The notes beneath the pieces were generated by a model. That model was not told the DNA's origin. It worked only from the letters and a program-made list of their open reading frames with translations, and searched no databases. Shown one piece after another: positions 57,175 through 64,000 of a DNA stretch of 64,000 nt. The DNA comes from an uncultured Candidatus Saccharibacteria bacterium (GTDB lineage Bacteria > Patescibacteriota > Saccharimonadia > Saccharimonadales > JAGQMS01): positions 9,363-73,362 of the forward strand of contig CAZKOX010000001.1 of assembly GCA_964554485.1 (NCBI GenBank), read 5' to 3'. The position numbers were made by a program, and so were the translations under genes. The first letter of the stretch is position 1. Each line of letters starts with the position of its first letter.

Positions 57175-60100
57175 ATGGGATCAAAAAAACCAGCGACTAA
57201 AGCTGTAAATGAACCAGTGGTAAAACCCATAGATTTTGTTCACTTACACAATCACACTCATTACAGTGTACTGGATGGTTTACAAAAAATCCCTGACATG
57301 TTGGATCGTGTTAAGGAACTAGGCATGAGTTCGGTAGCTTTAACTGATCACGGCACAATGTCTGGGGCGATTGAATTTTATAAAGGTTGCCTAGAGCGTG
57401 AACTCAAGCCAATTATTGGTATCGAAGCCTATGTCGCTAATCGCAAGCACACCGACAAAGATCCGCAAAAAGATCGATCTCGTTATCACCTAACACTGCT
57501 GGCGATGAACGAAACTGGCTATAAGAATCTTATGAAGCTGTCGACGATTGCGAACTTGGATGGTTTTTATTTTAAACCTAGAATCGACCAAGAATTGTTA
57601 GAAAAACATGGAGAAGGTTTGATTGTTTTGAGTGGCTGTATTGGTGGTGTTGTCGGTGAGTATTTGCGCTATGACGATCCGAAGAAAGCTGAGGAGTATG
57701 CGCTTTGGTACAAAGAAAAGTTTGGAGACAGATACTATATTGAAATACAAGATCATGATTGGGATGAGCAAAAGCGCGTTAACGAAAAACTCATCGAACT
57801 TGCAAGAAAACTAGATATTCAAATGGTGGTGACGAGTGATGCTCATTATTGTCGACACGAAGATCAAGAGGCACACGAAATTTTACTTTGTGTTCAAACA
57901 GGCGCATTTTTAAGCGACGAAGGAAGATTTAGCTTAAAAGAAACTCCGCTTTTTGTGTCAGACCCACAAGATATTTATAAGCGTTGGGCGGATGTAATTC
58001 CTGATGCAATTGCTAACACAAAAAAAATTGCAGATCTTTGTAATGTTAAGTTAGAACTCGGTGGAATTTTAATTCCAAAATTTGACGTTCCAGATGGTGA
58101 AAAATCTAAATCATATCTAGAAAAGCTTGCTTATAGAGGTTTAGTGGAACGTTATATGCCAACAAAGAAATTTAGTGAATCTACCACTGTCGATCAGTTA
58201 AAAAAGATGCTACCAAAAAATATACTTGACCGAGCTGATTTTGAACTGGCAGTTATGAATAATATGAACTTTAATGATTACTTTTTGATCATTTGGGACT
58301 TTATCAAATGGGGGAAAGACAACGGAATTGTTTTTGGACCAGGAAGAGGAAGTGCTGCTGGTTCAATTATTTCCTATGCTCTCCATATTACCGACCTTGA
58401 TCCTCTGCAGTACGACTTGCTGTTTGAAAGATTCTTAAATCCAGATCGTATATCAATGCCCGATATCGATATCGATATTCAACATGATCGCCGCGACGAG
58501 GTGATTCAATACGTTAGTGAAAAATACGGTTCAGAGCGGGTTGCAAATATTGTGACTTTCGGAAAGATGTTTGCTCGTAATGCCGTTCGTGATGTAGCAC
58601 GGGTTTTGCAGGTGCCATATGCCGATGCTGATCGTTTAGCAAAAATGATTCCACCTCCTGTTCAGGGCAGGCATATCCCACTTGCCAAATCGATAGAAGA
58701 CAATGAAGAGTTAAAGGAGGTTTATCACTCCGATCCGGTAACAAAACAAGTTATTGATTTGGCCGTAAAACTTGAAGGTACAATACGCTCGCACGGTGTT
58801 CATGCCGCCGGCGTGGTTGTTGCCCCTGAAGATATTGTTAACTACGCACCACTAGAAATGGCCCAAAAAGGGGTAGTTTCGACGCAGTATTCTATGAATC
58901 CAATCGAAGAGATCGGACTATTAAAAATGGACTTCTTGGGCCTTTCAAACTTAACGATTATTAAAAATGCCTTACGTATCGTGAAGAAAGTTTATGGCAA
59001 GGAAATTGATATCTCGAAAATACCACTTGATGATAAAAAAACATTTGAACTTCTGGCCCGTGGTGAAACAACTGGAGTTTTTCAGCTTGAGTCTGCTGGC
59101 ATGAAGCGCTATCTGAAAGAGCTTAAGCCGACGGTTTTCGACGACATTATTGCGATGGTAGCCCTTTATCGACCCGGTCCAATGCAATGGATTGATGATT
59201 TTATTGCACGAAAAAATGGTAAGAGTCAGATCGAATTCATGCACCCCGCCATGGAACCGTCTTTGAAAAATACTTACGGAATTATTGTTTATCAAGAGCA
59301 GGTTATGCAGATTAGTAAAGAAATGTGCGGCTTTACTGGCGGTCAAGCCGATACCCTAAGAAAAGCTATCGGTAAGAAGAATCCAGAAATGATGGCCAAG
59401 ATGAAATCCGACTTTATAAGCGGTGGCGTAAAAACCTCAAATGCCGACCCTGAGATGATGGGAATATTCTGGCGACAACTTGAAGATTTTGCTGCCTATT
59501 GTTTTAACAAATCGCATGCTGCTTGCTATGCCATGATTGCTTACCAGACGGCATACATCAAAGCCCATTATCCGGCAGCTTTAATGGCGGCATTAATGAC
59601 CAACGACTACGACGACACAGATCGCTTAACGATTGACATAACAGAATGCAAGCACATCGGAATTGAGGTTTTACCGCCAGACGTTAACCAGTCTTTTCAT
59701 GAGTTTGCCGTTATTGAGAACAAAGGTAAGACTAGCATCCGCTTTGGATTGGATGCAATTAAGAACGTAGGCCGTGGAGCAGTAGAAGAAATTCTTGTGG
59801 CGCGTGACGGCCAGCCATTTACCGACCTAAATAACTTTGCTGAGCGAGTTAGCGTGCGGACAGTAAATAAGAAAAATTGGGAAAGCTTAATCAAGGCCGG
59901 GGCGATGGACGGTTTTGGTAGTCGCAGTGCTCTACTCAACTCGCTGGAAGCGATCTTACTAGTTGCTAATCGCCGTCAAAAAGAAGCAGCTAGCGCTCAG
60001 GCTGATTTATTCGGAGAAACCGAATCGGCTAGCATGAATACAATGCCAAAATTGACGTTAACAGAACCTGAGGGCGGCGTAAACAAACATGAGTTTTTGC

Positions 60101-60816
60101 TTTGGGAGAGGGAGCTACTAGGACTGTATTTGTCGGAGCACCCCTTAAAAGACTATGAGCTAATATTGCAAGAAAAAGCCGTTCCGCTCGGCACTATTAA
60201 ACCCGAACACGATGGCAAGATTGCTGAAGTTGGCGGAACAATTACGGCTATCCGTCAAATTGTCACAAAAAATGGTCAGCCAATGGCCTTCGTAAAATTA
60301 GAAGACATGAGTGGTGAGATGGAGTTGGTTGTTTTCCCGACAACCTTTAAAGAAACATCTAAAATCTGGGAACGTGACAATGTTGTGCTAGTTAAGGGAA
60401 GGGTTAGCGGTACCGATCAAAATGGCTCTACTTTAAGCGAGCCGAAAATACTTGTTGAGTCGGCGCAGGCAGTGAGTGTCGAAGAGGCGGCGAGTTATGA
60501 GGTGAAAGGTATAACACCAGAGCTGACTGAGGCTGGTCGTAAATCGAGGAAGAAATCTCCGAAGGTCTATGAAGAAGACGCTGCTCCAAAAGTCGCAAAG
60601 TTGTTTATTCGTATTGAAAACACCAGTGAGGCCGATAAACTCATTGCATTAAAAAAATTACTAGAAACTAAAAGCGGTGTTACTGATGTTGTCTTAGTTA
60701 TGGGTCCGGCACCTGATAAACAAGCCGTTCGTTTACCGTACAAAGTAACAATCGATGAAGAAACTGTCAGAGAAGTTGCCGAGCTTGTTGGTTCTGCAAA
60801 CGTGATATCTCAGTAG
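57175..60816 (+). CDS. dnaE: DNA polymerase III subunit alpha
   Basis: PHP domain HLHNHTHYSVLDG, polymerase core (PDIDIDI), OB-fold C-terminal region; 1213 aa. Confidence 0.95.
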   Translation: MGSKKPATKAVNEPVVKPIDFVHLHNHTHYSVLDGLQKIPDMLDRVKELGMSSVALTDHGTMSGAIEFYKGCLERELKPIIGIEAYVANRKHTDKDPQKDRSRYHLTLLAMNETGYKNLMKLSTIANLDGFYFKPRIDQELLEKHGEGLIVLSGCIGGVVGEYLRYDDPKKAEEYALWYKEKFGDRYYIEIQDHDWDEQKRVNEKLIELARKLDIQMVVTSDAHYCRHEDQEAHEILLCVQTGAFLSDEGRFSLKETPLFVSDPQDIYKRWADVIPDAIANTKKIADLCNVKLELGGILIPKFDVPDGEKSKSYLEKLAYRGLVERYMPTKKFSESTTVDQLKKMLPKNILDRADFELAVMNNMNFNDYFLIIWDFIKWGKDNGIVFGPGRGSAAGSIISYALHITDLDPLQYDLLFERFLNPDRISMPDIDIDIQHDRRDEVIQYVSEKYGSERVANIVTFGKMFARNAVRDVARVLQVPYADADRLAKMIPPPVQGRHIPLAKSIEDNEELKEVYHSDPVTKQVIDLAVKLEGTIRSHGVHAAGVVVAPEDIVNYAPLEMAQKGVVSTQYSMNPIEEIGLLKMDFLGLSNLTIIKNALRIVKKVYGKEIDISKIPLDDKKTFELLARGETTGVFQLESAGMKRYLKELKPTVFDDIIAMVALYRPGPMQWIDDFIARKNGKSQIEFMHPAMEPSLKNTYGIIVYQEQVMQISKEMCGFTGGQADTLRKAIGKKNPEMMAKMKSDFISGGVKTSNADPEMMGIFWRQLEDFAAYCFNKSHAACYAMIAYQTAYIKAHYPAALMAALMTNDYDDTDRLTIDITECKHIGIEVLPPDVNQSFHEFAVIENKGKTSIRFGLDAIKNVGRGAVEEILVARDGQPFTDLNNFAERVSVRTVNKKNWESLIKAGAMDGFGSRSALLNSLEAILLVANRRQKEAASAQADLFGETESASMNTMPKLTLTEPEGGVNKHEFLLWERELLGLYLSEHPLKDYELILQEKAVPLGTIKPEHDGKIAEVGGTITAIRQIVTKNGQPMAFVKLEDMSGEMELVVFPTTFKETSKIWERDNVVLVKGRVSGTDQNGSTLSEPKILVESAQAVSVEEAASYEVKGITPELTEAGRKSRKKSPKVYEEDAAPKVAKLFIRIENTSEADKLIALKKLLETKSGVTDVVLVMGPAPDKQAVRLPYKVTIDEETVREVAELVGSANVISQ

Positions 60817-60821
60817 GTTGA

Positions 60822-61667
60822 TTATTTAGTATGTCGCCAACTACGTGGATGTTTGAATAGACGCCTTGTTTCAATAGCCATGCCACCTACGGACAAAGTC
60901 GTTCCAAGAGTCAGTAAGCCAAAGGAGAGTTGTTTGTTCATGGCAAATCTATTTTCCGTAAGAGTCTTGGTTCCGGGCGCCGTTTTTTCTGGGGTGGCAG
61001 TTTGTGGCGAGGTTGTTTCAACTACCTCTTTTGGCTGTGGGTTTTCGACGACAACCGGAGTGGTAACTTCAGTGACTGTGGGCTGAGTTGAAGTAGCGGC
61101 GACAGGCGCTGGCACAACACTTACTTTAGATACAACTGGCTGTGGTTTTGCATAAAGAGCAACAATAAAATAAACACCCCCATATCCTAAATAATCTCCA
61201 ATATAAGAAATTCCATAACCAACTTCAGTATAGGTTGGATTTAAAAGATTATCACGATGAGCTTGGCTATTTAACCATCCGTTAACCACACCGGCATCGT
61301 CCTCATTGCTAGCCGCAAGATTTTCTCCTGCCGACAAATAACTATATCCTGCCGAACTTATATAATCCCAACCAGTCGTGCCGTCTGGTGCAGTATGTTC
61401 AAAGTAATTATTAGCAACCATTGCATTGGCTTTATTCTGGGCGGCGCTTGTTAATTTTGAGTTGATCGTCAAGGAAGCTAGACCGTTACTGTTTCTTGCG
61501 CTATTCGACAGATCACTAATAACTGATGACCCAAAAGCAACCGCAGATATGGATGAAACCGCCGATAGTAGTAGAGATAGGCATAAAAATACAAATACCC
61601 CACTCGCCATTAAGGCGTGCCCGATACTTAAACGCGTGTGAACGGATGTTGGTTGAAGACTGTCCAT
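60822..61667 (-). CDS. CAP (SCP/PR-1-like) domain protein with Pro/Thr-rich linker and C-terminal TM anchor
   Basis: N-terminal TM/signal, CAP block (NYFEHTAPDG..GENLA..VNGWLNSQAHRDNLLNPTYTEVGYG), PT-rich segment, C-terminal hydrophobic helix + RRLFKH. Confidence 0.65.
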   Translation of the reverse strand: MDSLQPTSVHTRLSIGHALMASGVFVFLCLSLLLSAVSSISAVAFGSSVISDLSNSARNSNGLASLTINSKLTSAAQNKANAMVANNYFEHTAPDGTTGWDYISSAGYSYLSAGENLAASNEDDAGVVNGWLNSQAHRDNLLNPTYTEVGYGISYIGDYLGYGGVYFIVALYAKPQPVVSKVSVVPAPVAATSTQPTVTEVTTPVVVENPQPKEVVETTSPQTATPEKTAPGTKTLTENRFAMNKQLSFGLLTLGTTLSVGGMAIETRRLFKHPRSWRHTK

Positions 61668-61675
61668 TAATAGAT

Positions 61676-62176
61676 TTAGTATAACTCAGAGCGCTTAAGC
61701 TCATACATAGCTACAGCACCGGCAATGCTGACGTTGAGAGATTCTTTCTGTCCAAGCATTGGAATCTCTAGGGTCAAATCACAAAGTTTTAAAATTTCTT
61801 CAGGTATTCCAGTTGTTTCTGTTCCTAGGATAAGGGCTAACTTTGCTTTCTTATCAAATTTTTTTAGCGGTACAGAAGAAGCTGATTGTTCAAGGGCGGC
61901 GATAGCATATCCGGTAGTTCGGAGTTCTTGAATTAAATCCTTGAGACTTGAGTGGTGGATAATATTAACCGATTCTTCAGCACCAAGCGCTGTTTTATGG
62001 ATATCGATGCTAATTTTCTGACGAATATGCGGCGGTCTTTCGTCAGGGTTTGCCTTTATGTAAGGTGTATAGCCGGTGCAAAAGATAGTTAATACCCCAA
62101 AGCCGTCGGCGCTGCGGGCAAGGGAACCGATATTATGAGTGCTTCGAACATCGTGAGCGATTAAAACTATATCCAT
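61676..62176 (-). CDS. trmL: SpoU/TrmH-family tRNA/rRNA 2'-O-methyltransferase (TrmL-like)
   Basis: 166 aa; SPOUT motifs (IAHDVRSTHNIGSLARSADGFG, LILGTETTGIPEE, ESLNVSIAGAVAMYE). Confidence 0.75.
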   Translation of the reverse strand: MDIVLIAHDVRSTHNIGSLARSADGFGVLTIFCTGYTPYIKANPDERPPHIRQKISIDIHKTALGAEESVNIIHHSSLKDLIQELRTTGYAIAALEQSASSVPLKKFDKKAKLALILGTETTGIPEEILKLCDLTLEIPMLGQKESLNVSIAGAVAMYELKRSELY

Positions 62177-62218
62177 TTACTCTGATAGTACCTTATTTTT
62201 TGATATACTGTCGTTAAT

Positions 62219-63814
62219 ATGGCACTGGATGGGCGTGCAATCGACGAACAAAATACTGCACAGCGAGCTGGACTTCTCGGCATCGCTTATTTTGATACTT
62301 CAAGGTTGGTCGATAAGGTGCTTTATCGTCAGTATCTGAGCGTTCCAGAGATGTATTCGTTGCGCATTGTGCCGCTACAGGCCAATAGTGGATCAGTAAC
62401 GTTCGGTATCACCACCACGACCTCGCAAACAACAATGACATCTGTGGCTCAAAGATTCGGCGACCAGCGCGTGTCTTTTGTTTTGATTAGCGATAGTGGT
62501 TATAAGGACTATATGAGGCTTTATGACCCGCCACAAACTGTTGAATATCAAGACATCTCGCTGGTGTCGGACGAAAAAAAGTCCGTAACTGACATTTCTG
62601 CAACCCTTACGCAAGTTAGAGCCGATGATATGCTTGCTTACTTGGTTCAGCAGGCATTTAAACTTGGAGCAAGCGATATTCATCTTGAAACATCAATTAA
62701 GAATGCTCGAGTGCGATTTAGGGTACATGGAGTTTTACATCCAATCGCCACACTTGATAACGATAAATATCGACAGTTAATGTCAGTACTTGCTAGTGCC
62801 GCAGATATTAGCACTAGTGCCACAGACGACCAAACCGGTCATATAAACAGAGCTTATAAGCTGGCTACCGGCGAAGACGTGGTTGTGAATCTTCGAGTCG
62901 AAACAGTACCGGCAGTTAATGGAATAGACGCCGTACTCAGACTATTCAATTTCCAGCAAGAGAGACTGCGGCTAAATCGTTTAGGGCTAGATAAGTGGCA
63001 AGAGGACGAAATTAATGACATCGTTCATCATCCTAGCGGACTGGTGCTAATTGTTGGACCGACGGGTTCTGGAAAAACCACAACTCTCTATAGTATTTTA
63101 AACGAACTCAATAACCCAGAACGTAAAATAATAACCTTGGAAGATCCAGTTGAGTTCCAGATTGAAGGAATATCGCAGATCCCGGTTAAATCTCGAGAAG
63201 GAGCTAATTTTGCTGATAAATTCCGGTCTGTGATGCGACTTGATCCAGATGTAGTGATGGTTGGCGAGATTCGCGACAATGATACGGCTAAAACGGCTCT
63301 ACAGGCTGCTCTGACAGGGCATCTTGTCTTAAGCACCTATCATGCTAGTTCTGCGTCGGCAGCAATGACTAGATTAATAGATGCAATTGGCGAAAATCCT
63401 TTGTATGTTAGTGCCATTCGACTTGTTCAAGCGCAGCGACTTGTTCGGCAGTTAGATGACGCAACAAAGCAAGCCTATGCTCCAGATGAGCACCTAAAGG
63501 GATTACTCAGCAAAATTATCGAGGGTTTCCCCGAAGGTGTAAATCGCCCAGACATTAACTCGATTCAACTATATAAGCCCGGCGCGTCACCAGAAAATCC
63601 TTTTGGCTATGTTGATCAGTTCGCAATTCGTGAGCTTTTGATTATGTCGCCGGCTATGCAAAAGTTACTAATGCGACCGGCACGAGAAATTAGTACTGCC
63701 GAGATTGAAAAAGTTGCTGTTGAGCAAGGAATGCTGACCATGTTGCAGGATGGCGTGTTAAAAGCAATAGCCGGAAAAACGTCAATCGAAGAGATTTTTA
63801 GGGTGGTCGGTTAG
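62219..63814 (+). CDS. type II/IV secretion-system ATPase (GspE/PilB family)
   Basis: N-terminal GSPII_E_N-like domain (RAGLLGIAYFD), Walker A GPTGSGKTTTL, Asp box, Walker B/His box (VVMVGEIRD..TGHLVLSTYHA). Confidence 0.85.
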   Translation: MALDGRAIDEQNTAQRAGLLGIAYFDTSRLVDKVLYRQYLSVPEMYSLRIVPLQANSGSVTFGITTTTSQTTMTSVAQRFGDQRVSFVLISDSGYKDYMRLYDPPQTVEYQDISLVSDEKKSVTDISATLTQVRADDMLAYLVQQAFKLGASDIHLETSIKNARVRFRVHGVLHPIATLDNDKYRQLMSVLASAADISTSATDDQTGHINRAYKLATGEDVVVNLRVETVPAVNGIDAVLRLFNFQQERLRLNRLGLDKWQEDEINDIVHHPSGLVLIVGPTGSGKTTTLYSILNELNNPERKIITLEDPVEFQIEGISQIPVKSREGANFADKFRSVMRLDPDVVMVGEIRDNDTAKTALQAALTGHLVLSTYHASSASAAMTRLIDAIGENPLYVSAIRLVQAQRLVRQLDDATKQAYAPDEHLKGLLSKIIEGFPEGVNRPDINSIQLYKPGASPENPFGYVDQFAIRELLIMSPAMQKLLMRPAREISTAEIEKVAVEQGMLTMLQDGVLKAIAGKTSIEEIFRVVG

Positions 63815-64000
63815 TTCAGTGAGCTAGTAGCGCCAGCACTCTTTTAGAAACGTATATTTGACAAATCTTATAACTATGTGCGAATATTCCGAATATGACG
63901 CATGCAACTATCGAAGGCATTGATTGGCCAAGACCGTGGACGAGTTTTGCCGACGCAGATCGGACCCCGCCGAAATTTTACGGAGTTACTGTTACGGCCG

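Noticed and set aside
1-64000. Global stop-codon recoding (code 4 or code 25) as an explanation for the tRNA-UCA
   Set aside because: TGA terminates at least four well-defined genes here (pheS, the His-phosphatase gene, pfkB, the gatA-gatB ORF), and long ORFs (6.3 kb, 4 kb, 3.6 kb) are uninterrupted under the standard code. Genome-wide recoding is therefore not supported.
63896-64000. Partial ORF starting at ATG 63896 (MTHATIEGIDWPRPW...) after the PilB-like ATPase
   Set aside because: Only about 35 codons are visible with no recognisable motif. It may be a real downstream pilus-biogenesis gene, but there is insufficient sequence to call it.

Overview
The window is a low-to-moderate GC bacterial segment with overlapping genes and almost no non-coding space. 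The gene content suggests a monoderm, reduced-genome organism, possibly from the Candidate Phyla Radiation and Saccharibacteria-like; this is an inference only. Supporting content: a sortase with an LAxTG-type substrate, a type IV prepilin-like protein plus a GspE/PilB ATPase, an RRM-type RNA-binding protein, giant surface proteins, and a fermentative core (phosphoketolase + acetate kinase; non-oxidative pentose-phosphate and lower-glycolysis genes rpiB-rpe-split tkt-fba-tal-pfkB-gap).

Ordinary housekeeping genes: pheST, tyrS, gatCAB, dnaE, uvrB, trxB, a ribosomal protein L25/Ctc gene, DEAD-box helicase, trmL, trhO, rmuC, yajQ.

Most notable observations:
(1) A roughly 110-155 nt conserved intergenic element occurs four times on the + strand (about 21063, 32545, 37561, 50668). 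It has shared sequence blocks and an internal hairpin whose stem sequence differs between copies while pairing is kept, i.e. a candidate structured-RNA or repeat family.
(2) A three-tRNA cluster at 33801-34297 in which every member is atypical, including a canonical-looking 73-nt tRNA with anticodon UCA (UGA-decoding) although TGA is clearly used as a stop in this window. The spacers carry very stable hairpins. The cluster is followed by a strong terminator and a roughly 400-bp GC-rich island encoding a 45-aa CxxC/CxxCxGxG zinc-finger sORF.
(3) A 2095-aa surface protein built of about 14 tandem repeats of roughly 55 aa plus LamG and FN3-like domains, translationally coupled to a MacB/FtsX-type ABC exporter.
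(4) A vWA-domain, LAQTG-anchored giant adhesin plus sortase operon, preceded by a perfect 28-bp palindrome and by a prepilin-like gene.
(5) A TyrRS whose class-I HIGH motif reads TIGN.

No CRISPR array, IS element or rRNA was seen. The ORF track appears to use standard code 11, GTG starts allowed.
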